A DNA stretch of 64,000 bases from a virus (Duplodnaviria > Heunggongvirae > Uroviricota > Caudoviricetes): IMG/VR virus record IMGVR_UViG_3300020718_000007, positions 84,390 through 148,389 of that record. The stretch is one strand, 5' to 3'. Below the pieces are notes generated by a model. That model searched no databases and was not told the origin of the DNA. It worked only from the letters and a program-made list of their open reading frames with translations. Made by a program: the position numbers and the translations under genes. Positions 1 to 10,285 of this stretch are shown here, piece after piece. Within the stretch, counting starts at the first letter, position 1. Each line of letters begins with the position of its first letter.

Positions 1-61
1 TTCACCTAGTTTCTTTAGTGTTGGAAGGGATCCAAGGTTCTTTACTCATGAATGGTATCTT

Positions 62-2812
62 TTGGAAACACCAAGATTAGATTCCCCAGATACTCTAGTT
101 CAGAATTCTTTGAGCTATTGCTCCTCTAAATTAGATCTAACAAATTTAACAAATTCTGATCCTAGTAACGAAGACTATTTTTCTCAGTATTTTACTATTG
201 ATGGATCGGATTTTTATAATAATTTAGGAAAATTTCAATCTTCCGAGGGAAATCCAATATCAGAAAAGTATACCATATTTGAATATAACACCGCAACTGG
301 ATATTCTGAAACCCTATTTAGGGGAATTAAAGTTATAGTTAAAGGTAGGACTGATTCTTCTATACAAACAGGAACCAGAGGTGTATTTAAAACAAACGAT
401 ACTACTTATGATGGATATAAATTTTCTTGTATTATTAGACCAATAAACGATCCAGATCCATATTCTCCTACCCCGCCCGTTACTTATAAGGTTTATGAAA
501 ATAATACATTCAAAACTATTACATTTGTAATTAGCATTATTAATAATGATTCCAGATTTGTTGATGGAAATCTATTTTGGGGTGAAATTAATAGCAGCCC
601 AGCAGTAATGGGGGCAAGCTGGAATTTTAATCCGACCAGGATTTATGGTGGATTGGATTATATGAGCTTATATTCTATTGAAGATAAGTTAATACTTAGT
701 CCTGCACCAGTAAGTCCAGCAACAGAATATATTTCGGTAGTTTCTGATATTAAATTAAGTGCAAGTCTAAACTTCAGTTTTGATACGGGTCCATTAGGAA
801 TAACTCCACTTTTTAATGGATCTACTATTAATGGAAGTGGAGTTATTCCCGCTATATTAAATAATGAATATAATACGGATTTAAGGGATGAAATAAATAG
901 CTTCTATTTACCTTCTACCCCTGTTTTTGGTGCAGGATCCCCTTATGATTTAACAACGTCTCCTCCATTAACAATTAATGGGACAAATGAGGATGGATTA
1001 TTTAGTTTCTATTCCCCGAATCAAATAACATCTGATAATTGGTTTACTTTACCATGGCCAGTAGGAGCAGGAAAAACACAAATTTACTTTAATCAGGTAG
1101 ATCCTGCTCCTGTAACTGGTTCATATATGCCTAATTTTACAAATGTTGGATTTCCTCCTCCTATTTTTGCATTAGCTCCAGTAAATGTTGACTATAATGG
1201 TATAGCAGCAAAAGCGGTTTATCAAAAAGACGGAGGAAGTAGCTATTGGAAAAAGTTATTAGAAAAGATTTCCTTTGCGGATATAGCATTATTGTTAAGT
1301 GGAGAAGATCCTTATGTAAAATATTATTCATATGATTGGAATACAACAACACAGACAACAGTAGAATATGATGAAACATTTGTTATTAATGTTTCTCAGC
1401 CATCTGCTTTTATCCAAAATACAAATCTTTATCCAATAGAGGATTTAAACAAGCCCCAATCATTGGCAAAAGTTATTGTTGGATATAATATGGCTACTAG
1501 TAATTCACAGAACGAATATTATAGATATGGCGGAGGATATAATCCTAAATTTAGAGATATTGTACCATTTTCCTCGTTTAAAAATGATAGATTAGAGGAC
1601 GAAGAATTAGTATTAGGAATTACAATTGTTGAAAAAACTACATTATCTGAATTTGCTCATATTGGTTCTGATTATGAAATAGCAATAGATGGAATTATTA
1701 GAAGAGATTTAAGGGTTGTTAGGGGATTAACGTATAGATTTAATTATGAAAACTTCTTTTCAAATGGATTTGGTCCATCTCCTTCTACTGAATTACAGGG
1801 TGATATAGCAATTACTTCGGTACAAAATGATGGAACAACAGATAGCCTATTTACAAAAGGAGTTTCATATGACTTATCATTGGGTATTTCTATGACTTTT
1901 ACCGTTCCTTATGATGCACCAGATACATTATATTATGAAATAAAAGGAAAAAGATTTGCAGGTGCTAGTATAGCTGTCGAGGAGAATCTTTCTTTTAAAA
2001 ATGCTAAATTTGGTATAGAAAAGAATAATTTTGGGATAATGAGAAATATATCATATAACAAATATGCACTAAGTAATCCATTTACTATAGATGCTAATTC
2101 TGGCTACCAAACAGTTTATCCGTTAATAGGGGAATCCCCGTTTGATGTTAGAAATATGTTTATATTTGAAAGTACTTGGGATCCGGGAAGATATAGGAAT
2201 TATATAGGAAAGACTACATTTGAATTAATTCCAGGTACAAGATCTATGTTAGAAGAGAAAAATTATTTCGGAAGTAAAGTTATGAAAACCCCTAGTAGTA
2301 TGTTAATACAAACTCAAGTATTATATCCTACTTCTATTACTGATGTATTTGATACAAGTATAGAATTATATCCTAATATTGAACTCCTATGGGAGGAAAC
2401 ATCGACCCAAATAATGGCAGTACTTCTCGTAGACAGGAGTTTAATAAATTATTTTGACAATAATGGGGTAGGAGCAACCTTTAATAGGCTTTTATTACCA
2501 GATTTTGGTACTGGTGATAATTTATCCTTAACTGATGATATTAATAGTTATTTATCTTTAAATATAGTACCAACATTTAAAGCAGACAAAATTAATGTTT
2601 ATATTAAGAAAACAAAAATAGGAACAATAAGTAGCCCATTACCTACAATAGTAAGTAATTTAAGTGACCATGACAAAATAAGAAATGGGTTTTATATATT
2701 AGACCAAGTAAAAGTAATAGAAACTAATCATTTAGAGTATGAATTTACACTAACTAAGGATCCGGGGTATAATTACCAGGTAGCTTTCTCTTATAATCTA
2801 TCTAAAATATAA
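62..2812 (+). CDS. large virion structural protein (tail-fibre/baseplate-like), possibly 5'-truncated by window edge
   Basis: 916-aa ORF rich in Asn/Ser/Thr/Gly/Tyr with no catalytic motifs; the frame stays open to window position 2, so the true start may lie upstream; it is immediately followed by a tail-fibre gene. Confidence 0.4.
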   Translation: METPRLDSPDTLVQNSLSYCSSKLDLTNLTNSDPSNEDYFSQYFTIDGSDFYNNLGKFQSSEGNPISEKYTIFEYNTATGYSETLFRGIKVIVKGRTDSSIQTGTRGVFKTNDTTYDGYKFSCIIRPINDPDPYSPTPPVTYKVYENNTFKTITFVISIINNDSRFVDGNLFWGEINSSPAVMGASWNFNPTRIYGGLDYMSLYSIEDKLILSPAPVSPATEYISVVSDIKLSASLNFSFDTGPLGITPLFNGSTINGSGVIPAILNNEYNTDLRDEINSFYLPSTPVFGAGSPYDLTTSPPLTINGTNEDGLFSFYSPNQITSDNWFTLPWPVGAGKTQIYFNQVDPAPVTGSYMPNFTNVGFPPPIFALAPVNVDYNGIAAKAVYQKDGGSSYWKKLLEKISFADIALLLSGEDPYVKYYSYDWNTTTQTTVEYDETFVINVSQPSAFIQNTNLYPIEDLNKPQSLAKVIVGYNMATSNSQNEYYRYGGGYNPKFRDIVPFSSFKNDRLEDEELVLGITIVEKTTLSEFAHIGSDYEIAIDGIIRRDLRVVRGLTYRFNYENFFSNGFGPSPSTELQGDIAITSVQNDGTTDSLFTKGVSYDLSLGISMTFTVPYDAPDTLYYEIKGKRFAGASIAVEENLSFKNAKFGIEKNNFGIMRNISYNKYALSNPFTIDANSGYQTVYPLIGESPFDVRNMFIFESTWDPGRYRNYIGKTTFELIPGTRSMLEEKNYFGSKVMKTPSSMLIQTQVLYPTSITDVFDTSIELYPNIELLWEETSTQIMAVLLVDRSLINYFDNNGVGATFNRLLLPDFGTGDNLSLTDDINSYLSLNIVPTFKADKINVYIKKTKIGTISSPLPTIVSNLSDHDKIRNGFYILDQVKVIETNHLEYEFTLTKDPGYNYQVAFSYNLSKI

Positions 2813-2830
2813 CAGGGGTAAGAAATTATT

Positions 2831-2847
2831 GATATATAAAAATAAAA
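2831..2847 (+). promoter_or_regulatory. GATATATAAAAATAAAA upstream motif (late-promoter-like)
   Basis: located 5 nt upstream of the tail-fibre ATG at 2852. Confidence 0.3.
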
Positions 2848-2851
2848 GAGA

Positions 2852-5470
2852 ATGCCTAAAATTAACTTATTAACCATCCAATCTGGAGATAGTCAGGCAA
2901 CATTGATTGATAAAATTAACTACAATTACGATCAATTATTAACTGCAGGTGGGGGACCACAAGGAATTCAGGGTAGAATTGGAATAACCGGCCCTGTTGG
3001 ACCTCAGGGTGAGATTGGTGTTGCGGGGCCTCAGGGGCAGGAGGGATCAAAGTGGTTTGTTTCTTCGCTTAGTCCAACGGGGGGTAGTCCATTAGGTATT
3101 CCTATTGCGGGTGATTACTGGCTGAGAGATGGGGATAAAGAAATCCTTATATTTGGACCTTCTGGAGCAGGATTGGATTGGGTTGATTCTGGATATAATT
3201 TAAGAGCGGATCAAATCTTTTCTGTTACAGGAAGCAACTGGAATACAACAACATCTAATTTTGATTCAGATGTTGCATATTATAGTCAAAATGATGTAGG
3301 TGATTTTTCTTTACTACTATCTGATTGGGGAATACAAGGAACTGGAACAAATTATGCTGGTGCAACATTATATGGTCTAAACTCAGAAAAGTCTAAATTT
3401 AAAATAGCTACATCATTAACAACAACTTATAGTAACCTTATATCTTTTGGTCGTTCTGATTTGGATAGCTCAAACTATGGGTCCCCGACATTTTCAAATA
3501 CACATAATCCTGTAATAAAATGGTCTACATCTCCTGGTATTGGTGCTACCGCAGGAACACCAAATATATGGGATATTAGATTTTATAATCCTATTGGTAA
3601 TTGGGATATGATAACAACTGGAGGAAATATTGGATTTAATTCTAATGGATTAAATAAAATAGAAACAACAGGTCTAACAGGGGGAACAATAGTTAATTTT
3701 TCATCTGGTGGATATTTTCAGGTTCTTCCTGGAGGATCAACTGGTTCTTCTTCGTCCCCATATTTTGGAGTAAATTCCATCGGAGCTGGTATAAAAACAA
3801 CAGCAGTTGCCAATACATTAGCAGTTAAGGGATCTGCATCATTTGCCCTTAATGATAGTTATAATTCTTTTGGGCTTTCTGGTGGATATGTTGGTGTTGA
3901 AAGGGGATTAAGAATAGCAGCAACCGGAGCAGCAGCTAATAATTTAACAGTAAAAGGTAGTGGATCTATAGGACAAACTGATTCCTATAATTCATTTTCT
4001 ATGCCAGCTGGATATTTTGGAATAGAAAATGGACTTAGAGTTGGTGCAACTGGATTTAATCCTTATGGAATACCGACAGGTACTGGCCCTGGTGCAACTG
4101 GATACTTACTTGGTGCAACAGAAGCTTATACTTATACAGGAGCTACTGGTACTTTTGTAACTCCAATGGCATTAATTTCAGGACAAGGAAACGGAGCAGT
4201 ATTCCAAGCAAGATTAGATAATCCTACTGGGCCCAATGCTATATTGTCTTGGGGTGATTCTACAATCTATCCATTTAATAACCCAATTATAAATAATCTA
4301 TCGCAGGAATATATTTCTTCAACAGGACCGATTCCTGTTGGGACATTCTTTGCTGGATATTATCATGGTGCTGGTAATTCTACTGGTGCAGGAAGTTATA
4401 GTAGCGCTTCTCTTTCTACGCCAGATCCAATTACTCAATTCCAAATCGTTTCTCAATATGGAATTGGAACACATGTTACAACATATGGACAAGGAGATAC
4501 ATTAAATTTATTTTCTAGATTATGGGGTCCCCAAACAACAAGTGCTAAAGTAGTACTCGGAGTAAATGGAATAGGGGTAGTACAGGCATTTCAAACCGGC
4601 GTTAGAATAAATGCTCAAAATTCTACTGTTCCTGATGGGCATACAAATTTAAGTGTAGAAGATGATTATGCTGGTCAAGGTTCATATTTTGGCCCAAGGG
4701 CAACAACAACAGCAGCTTGGCAAACACCAAGTGCATTAACTTATTGGCCTTATGGATGTCAACCAACACCAGCACCGATGGGTACAGTAAATAGGATTAA
4801 AGTTATTGGAAATAGCTCCGGTGACGGAATGAATGGTATAAATATTGCCCAGGAATTTGATAGTACTCCGTCAGGAATAAGTATCGGTGTAGTTGGATGT
4901 TTTGAAGGAAGTACTTCTTCTCCAAAAGCATTAACTATTACTGATTATGACCATTATACCCATATTGGTAATGTATATAGTACAATAACCTGGGATGGTA
5001 AAATGACTCTTGGGAAAAGATCCAATTTGGTAGGTACAACAATTACTAATATCTCCTTTGATTCATCCTTATCATCCTATGGGCCAGATACTGCTTCCTT
5101 GTTTACATATGGGGATATTAGCTGTAATGGTGTTGTTAGATCTGTAGGTGGATTTGCTTCTTCTGGATATTTTTATCCATCAAGTAGGAAATTAAAAGAT
5201 GACATACAGCCATTAACTTTAGGCCTAGATAAATTATTAAAATTAAATCCAGTTAGTTTTAATTGGAAAAAGAACGGAAAGCATGATATTGGTTTTATTG
5301 CAGAAGAAGTATTTGAAATTATTCCAGAGGCTGTATCTATAAATAGTGATGGCGAGGTAGAAGGATATGACCCAGGTAAAATAATTCCATTATTAACAAA
5401 AAGTATACAAGAACTAATATCTCAGGTAGCAGATCTTAGAAAAGAAATTGAAGTACTAAAACAAAAATAA
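2852..5470 (+). CDS. tail fibre/tail spike protein with N-terminal collagen-like Gly-X-Y repeats and C-terminal intramolecular-chaperone (peptidase S74-like) autoprocessing domain
   Basis: Gly-X-Y run GGGPQGIQGRIGITGPVGPQGEIGVAGPQGQEGSK (about nt 2948-3052); C-terminal ~95 aa YPSSRKLKDDIQPL...ISQVADLRKEIEVLKQK matches the Ser-Lys dyad chaperone domain of tail fibres and endosialidases (about nt 5170-5467). Confidence 0.7.
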   Translation: MPKINLLTIQSGDSQATLIDKINYNYDQLLTAGGGPQGIQGRIGITGPVGPQGEIGVAGPQGQEGSKWFVSSLSPTGGSPLGIPIAGDYWLRDGDKEILIFGPSGAGLDWVDSGYNLRADQIFSVTGSNWNTTTSNFDSDVAYYSQNDVGDFSLLLSDWGIQGTGTNYAGATLYGLNSEKSKFKIATSLTTTYSNLISFGRSDLDSSNYGSPTFSNTHNPVIKWSTSPGIGATAGTPNIWDIRFYNPIGNWDMITTGGNIGFNSNGLNKIETTGLTGGTIVNFSSGGYFQVLPGGSTGSSSSPYFGVNSIGAGIKTTAVANTLAVKGSASFALNDSYNSFGLSGGYVGVERGLRIAATGAAANNLTVKGSGSIGQTDSYNSFSMPAGYFGIENGLRVGATGFNPYGIPTGTGPGATGYLLGATEAYTYTGATGTFVTPMALISGQGNGAVFQARLDNPTGPNAILSWGDSTIYPFNNPIINNLSQEYISSTGPIPVGTFFAGYYHGAGNSTGAGSYSSASLSTPDPITQFQIVSQYGIGTHVTTYGQGDTLNLFSRLWGPQTTSAKVVLGVNGIGVVQAFQTGVRINAQNSTVPDGHTNLSVEDDYAGQGSYFGPRATTTAAWQTPSALTYWPYGCQPTPAPMGTVNRIKVIGNSSGDGMNGINIAQEFDSTPSGISIGVVGCFEGSTSSPKALTITDYDHYTHIGNVYSTITWDGKMTLGKRSNLVGTTITNISFDSSLSSYGPDTASLFTYGDISCNGVVRSVGGFASSGYFYPSSRKLKDDIQPLTLGLDKLLKLNPVSFNWKKNGKHDIGFIAEEVFEIIPEAVSINSDGEVEGYDPGKIIPLLTKSIQELISQVADLRKEIEVLKQK

Positions 5471-5757
5471 TGACGACCAACGAGAAAGCATTTGTTATAG
5501 CATTAATACAGGAATATACAAAAATCCATTCCAATATTGATTATTACGAGGATCAACTAGATAAATTACAAAGTAAGTTAAAGACTAGTGATTCTGAGAA
5601 AATCTATGAAATGGAATATGATATAAAGGTCGAGGTAGAAAGATTAGCAACTTTTAGAAATGTGGAATTGGAATTTTGGGACGAGATAGAAAAAAAATAT
5701 GGGCCCGGCGAATTTGATTCGAATACACTAGAATATAAGGTAAAGAAAAATGTTTAA
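5470..5757 (+). CDS. hypothetical protein
   Basis: 95-aa ORF; its ATG overlaps the preceding stop (TAATG) and it is co-oriented in the operon. Confidence 0.4.
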   Translation: MTTNEKAFVIALIQEYTKIHSNIDYYEDQLDKLQSKLKTSDSEKIYEMEYDIKVEVERLATFRNVELEFWDEIEKKYGPGEFDSNTLEYKVKKNV

Positions 5758-6502
5758 GAGTATAAATCTAGTATTTATTTTAATAGTAATAAGTTTAGGA
5801 TTATTATTCCTAAACTTAAAACAGTGTAACGATAAAAAAGATACTAAATTAAAAAATGAGATCTATCTCTCTAATCTACAGGCTTTAAAAGATACGGTTA
5901 GAATAGAAAAAGATAAAAGAGGGGAAACTGAATTTACTAAACAGGCATTAATAGCAGAAAATGGATCACTAAAAGATCTAAATAAAGGATTAAATGATGA
6001 GGCAAATAAACAAAAGGGTAAAGTAATTTATATAGAAAAAGCTAGCGGAAATATAACTAAAGATACAACTAAACCAATAGGGGGAACAATAAAGGAAATA
6101 AATGATACTACCTATGAAGTTTCTGATAGTCTAATCATTAATTATGATAGTAATAATTATAAGAAATTCTTGGTTATTACAACTATAAAAATAGAAAAGG
6201 ATAGAAATGCAACGATTTTAAAAACAAGATTAGTAAATGATGTAATAGGATTTAATATTGTAACAGGATTACAAGAAGAGGATAAGAAATTAAGGATATT
6301 TTTAAGATCTGATTATCCAGATCTAGCATTTACTAAAATAGATGGTTCTTTAATAGACCCAAAAAAGTCCGAGGCGATAAAATCTTTCTTTCCGAGAAAG
6401 AAATGGGGGATAGGAATACAGGGAGGATATGGTATAAATTCTCAAATAAAGACGGGATTCTATATAGGTTTTGGTATTCAATATAATCTTTGGTCCTGGT
6501 AA
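5750..6502 (+). CDS. hypothetical membrane-anchored protein
   Basis: N-terminal hydrophobic segment INLVFILIVISLGLLFL, Lys-rich middle, aromatic-rich C-terminus (GFYIGFGIQYNLWSW). Confidence 0.4.
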   Translation: MFKSINLVFILIVISLGLLFLNLKQCNDKKDTKLKNEIYLSNLQALKDTVRIEKDKRGETEFTKQALIAENGSLKDLNKGLNDEANKQKGKVIYIEKASGNITKDTTKPIGGTIKEINDTTYEVSDSLIINYDSNNYKKFLVITTIKIEKDRNATILKTRLVNDVIGFNIVTGLQEEDKKLRIFLRSDYPDLAFTKIDGSLIDPKKSEAIKSFFPRKKWGIGIQGGYGINSQIKTGFYIGFGIQYNLWSW

Positions 6503-6506
6503 ATAG

Positions 6507-6519
6507 GGATATATAAAAA
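6507..6519 (+). promoter_or_regulatory. GGATATATAAAAA upstream motif
   Basis: immediately abuts the ATG at 6520; spacing is inconsistent with a classical T4 late promoter, so its function is uncertain. Confidence 0.25.
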
Positions 6520-8778
6520 ATGGCGAGTTACACATCAACCAGTAAATTTATAAGCATACTTCCTTATGTATTAATGGAGTATCAATATACTACTCTACCT
6601 ACGATAGAAGAGTATCCGGTTAATTTTGGTCCAACTAATATTGGGTATGAAAAAATTAGTAATGGGTATTATGGTAATGTACAAATCCTAAATAGATTAC
6701 AAGATTTACCAGTAACTGGAAATACCAGACAAAGAAGTGTTGTCCAAATAGCGGATAGTACCTTTGTTGATTTGGATATAAATTATTTTACCCAATATCT
6801 AGATTATGATAGTAAATTAACACCAACTGCAAGCCTTCCAGTAGTATTCCCATCTAATATTGTTGTACAATATGATACAGTTAGATTCCACTTTTTAAGT
6901 GGTTATAATTTCCCAAATATAGATGGTGTAATATTTCAAATAAAGTATAAGGAAAATAGTGGTATAAAAAGTGTTATTTCTCAAATATTAGTAGAAAATA
7001 GTAATACCGATATTATTGTAATGAATTATAATCCTATTTATTATAATGGATCAATATTTGACAAGTATGTAGAAGTTAAAATACCAGCATTATCTGATAT
7101 GTGCTATCAATTTGATACACAGTCTGGATCCCCTTCCCAAACAGAGACATTAGCTGCTCTTATAAGTTCAAATGGGGGAGGATTTTCTACCGGTGTACCT
7201 TTTAATATTACTTCTTACGAGGTATCTACAACAACACAGGTTAATGGTTATTATAATTTCATAGCTAATCAAGTAAATACTGCTGTTCTAAACCCTCTTG
7301 ACGAGTATGCTTATCTTGCTGCTACTCTAGTAGAAAATACCTCACTAAATTATTGGGAATATTACCCAACATGGCAAGGTGAATTTATAGATCAATTTAT
7401 TTATACTGAAAACTCATTGGGTAATATTTATTATGTAATTAATGAAATTACAATATCAGAACAGATAGGACTAAAATTAGTAGAAACATCAAGGTTTCAG
7501 AGTATACAGACCTCTGGATTTGATGCACCTTTAGTATTTAGACCTATTGTAATGAATTCTAGAGCTACTTGTTTTGTTATAGATTATACAGTTAGTTTGG
7601 TTAATAAAATTAATAATACAAGCATAGTTAGAACTGCGAGTATTACCTCAAATGAGGTTGCATTATACGGAGCGGGATTAAATACAATTCAATTAAGAAA
7701 TGAGCCTTTTCCTTTGAAGGTTTACAATAAAGTTGTAGAATCCTCAAAAATAACAAGTGCTTATAATATTAATGTTAATCCAATAAATAGTATAGTTACA
7801 AAATACGTCCCAGCATTTTTCGAGTCTGAGAATATTAGTGTGTCTGAGCAAGATTTAACAATAACAAATATTGGTACTAATACATCTCAGACAACTTCAA
7901 TAGATTCTACTATAGCTTTTGGACAGGGTAAACTACAAATAATAGTAAATCCTTTTGATAACTATTATAAGTTTAAAATATTTAACTCAAATACTGGTGC
8001 AGAAAATACAATACTTGATCTTGGAAATAATTCTAATTATTTTTTGGTATTTAATGGAGATTCTGGAAATGAAATAAGAGTTGCCAGTTTAACAGACTCT
8101 ACTTTCCAAAATCCTAGTGTAGGTGAAGTTGGATTTAGAGTTGTAGAAGCTGATTCTAAAACGATCCAATCTTTCTCTAATAGGGATTTCCATATAACTT
8201 CTGTTTCTCCAAATGGAATAGAAACTTCTGTATATTATGGAACTTGGCTTCTCCCTAGTGAAAGGTCAGTAAAATCAGCAGGAACTACTAGTAGTTCGGG
8301 TCTTGCTACATCTTCGGAGTTTTTTGTCCCTACAGCAATACAGGCATCTCCAAATATTTCAGCAGTAGCTGCTACAAATAATAATTTATTAGCTACTGCA
8401 AATGTTAACGTACTTACTAGCGATATTAAGACCTCGTTTAACGTGGCAACAGACAGTATATTTAAAAATATCTCGCCCGTGAGCGCGGCCATAGCAGCGG
8501 GAAGCTCAGGAGCTAGCTCTGGAAGTGCAAGCACTGCACCTCCAACCCCAAGTATAGACATAGTTGCATTAGCAAATTCTATATCTGGCGATACCGCATT
8601 AGGTAAATCCTATGAGGATATAGCAGATTACTATACAATACCAGGAAGGCCAGGATATAATACTTATAAGGGTATAACAAAACAAATATTCTTAACTGCA
8701 GTTAGAAGAGTATATCCAGATACTAATGGTATCCAACAAACTCAATATTTGAATTATGCTACTTACTTAGGAATTTGA
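6520..8778 (+). CDS. hypothetical virion-associated protein (Ser/Thr/Asn-rich, Ala/Ser-rich C-terminus)
   Basis: 752-aa ORF in the structural module with low-complexity composition typical of fibre/baseplate proteins. Confidence 0.4.
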   Translation: MASYTSTSKFISILPYVLMEYQYTTLPTIEEYPVNFGPTNIGYEKISNGYYGNVQILNRLQDLPVTGNTRQRSVVQIADSTFVDLDINYFTQYLDYDSKLTPTASLPVVFPSNIVVQYDTVRFHFLSGYNFPNIDGVIFQIKYKENSGIKSVISQILVENSNTDIIVMNYNPIYYNGSIFDKYVEVKIPALSDMCYQFDTQSGSPSQTETLAALISSNGGGFSTGVPFNITSYEVSTTTQVNGYYNFIANQVNTAVLNPLDEYAYLAATLVENTSLNYWEYYPTWQGEFIDQFIYTENSLGNIYYVINEITISEQIGLKLVETSRFQSIQTSGFDAPLVFRPIVMNSRATCFVIDYTVSLVNKINNTSIVRTASITSNEVALYGAGLNTIQLRNEPFPLKVYNKVVESSKITSAYNINVNPINSIVTKYVPAFFESENISVSEQDLTITNIGTNTSQTTSIDSTIAFGQGKLQIIVNPFDNYYKFKIFNSNTGAENTILDLGNNSNYFLVFNGDSGNEIRVASLTDSTFQNPSVGEVGFRVVEADSKTIQSFSNRDFHITSVSPNGIETSVYYGTWLLPSERSVKSAGTTSSSGLATSSEFFVPTAIQASPNISAVAATNNNLLATANVNVLTSDIKTSFNVATDSIFKNISPVSAAIAAGSSGASSGSASTAPPTPSIDIVALANSISGDTALGKSYEDIADYYTIPGRPGYNTYKGITKQIFLTAVRRVYPDTNGIQQTQYLNYATYLGI

Positions 8779-8825
8779 CCAAATGCAGGAGCATCGGTGG
8801 GTACAGTATAAAATAAAATAAAGTT

Positions 8826-9377
8826 ATGTTAATAAACGCCAGACAAAATTCATTCTTTTTTCAGTTCCCAAAGGGATTTTTTAGTGATAAGTTAGAGCAA
8901 AAATATATTGGATATGTAAAAAGAATGCCTATACCTTATGATACATTAAGGGATTTTATGAATTCTACTATTCAACAAATTTCATTTCCCACTCTAACTG
9001 CAATTGATCATGTAGAACAAATAAGGCCTGGTGGATTTAAACAAAGCTATAAATCTGCTACAACCTTACAAAATTTAATAAAGAGGGATTATACTATATC
9101 CTTTAAATTGGGGGAAGGATTTATTAATTATTGGATTATGTACGATTGTATGGTTGAATTTCTAGATTTTCAAAATAGGAATGAATACTTACCAGATATG
9201 ATACTAAGATTGATGGATAATAATGGAGTTGTTATGGCTTCTAATACTTTCCAGCAATCAATATTTACCTCTCTATCAGAGGTTCAATTAAACTATTCTT
9301 CTACTACCCCAGAATTTTCTATTTTCCAAGTTGGTTTTCGCTGCAATTACATTCAGACAACATTAGAAATCGGCTGA
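8826..9377 (+). CDS. hypothetical protein
   Basis: 183-aa ORF, co-oriented. Confidence 0.35.
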   Translation: MLINARQNSFFFQFPKGFFSDKLEQKYIGYVKRMPIPYDTLRDFMNSTIQQISFPTLTAIDHVEQIRPGGFKQSYKSATTLQNLIKRDYTISFKLGEGFINYWIMYDCMVEFLDFQNRNEYLPDMILRLMDNNGVVMASNTFQQSIFTSLSEVQLNYSSTTPEFSIFQVGFRCNYIQTTLEIG

Positions 9378-9515
9378 TTTCATGGCAAATAAAAAAGAAT
9401 ATATGAAGGAATATTATGCTCGTGTTAAGGATACTCGGGCTAAAGAATATTTGGAAAATAAAGGGAGAAGAGAATTATAAATTAGATAACATAAGAAAAG
9501 GAAACAAGATCAATT

Positions 9516-10208
9516 ATGGATTATAATTTAAATGTGATTGGAATAGATTTTTCCCTAAATAGTGCTGCATTTTGTTCTTTAAGCTCATCGGATATTTATT
9601 TAGGTTCTTTATATAGGTCCTCTGATTCATTAGAAAAATTAATGAATAGGAAAGATAGGTCTATAAAGGATCTAGGTGGATTTAAAAATCTTGATCTAAA
9701 CATCATAGAAAAAACCCAGCCCTCTGGTGAATACCACGAAGTAGAAAGAACAAAAATAGAATCATTTATAGAAAGGGCTGATACCTTTTTTGGAATGATG
9801 AAGCCATATCTTAGCAAAGGAAGCTATGTTTTCATGGAGGGTATAAGTTTTGGTAGTACTGGTAATTCATTAATAGATATTTCCATGGCCACTGCCTTAT
9901 TGAGAGAAAGAATAATGGATATAGTACCAGCTAAAAACTTTTATGTTTTTTCTCCATCATCTATTAAAAAATTTGCTTTGAAAGGTAATGCAAAAAAGAA
10001 TGAATTGTATGAAACAATTCTGCTCAGGAATGATATAAGATTAAAGAACTTTCAAGGAATTTTGAGCGAGAATAAGAGTATGTGGATAAAGGGTAGTAAA
10101 GACGTAGTAGCTCCTTGTAATGACTTAATAGACTCTATTTGGATCTCTTTATTTGGTGAAGATTTTCTTCAAAAACTCGAAAAAAATGAGAAGAAAAAAG
10201 ATATATAG
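9516..10208 (+). CDS. RuvC-like Holliday-junction resolvase
   Basis: NVIGIDFSLNSAAF (first catalytic Asp region), FMEGISFG..GNSLIDISMATALLRE (Glu region), FSPSSIKKFALKGNAKKNELYETI and DLIDSIWISLFG align by eye with RuvC catalytic segments. Confidence 0.5.
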   Translation: MDYNLNVIGIDFSLNSAAFCSLSSSDIYLGSLYRSSDSLEKLMNRKDRSIKDLGGFKNLDLNIIEKTQPSGEYHEVERTKIESFIERADTFFGMMKPYLSKGSYVFMEGISFGSTGNSLIDISMATALLRERIMDIVPAKNFYVFSPSSIKKFALKGNAKKNELYETILLRNDIRLKNFQGILSENKSMWIKGSKDVVAPCNDLIDSIWISLFGEDFLQKLEKNEKKKDI

Positions 10209-10285
10209 AGTATAAATTAATTTGAAACTTTAAGTGCACTTTGAAGTATAATTTAAAACAATTTTAAAAAAACATTTAGAAAATT

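Noticed and set aside
1161-1379. Minus-strand 72-aa ORF inside the large structural gene
   Set aside because: It is antisense to a long + strand gene. Its hydrophobic, Leu-rich composition is typical of shadow ORFs in AT-rich DNA.
8235-8561. Minus-strand 108-aa Ala/Leu-rich ORF
   Set aside because: It is antisense to the Ala/Ser-rich C-terminus of the 6520-8778 gene. That locally GC-rich codon stretch creates an open antisense frame.
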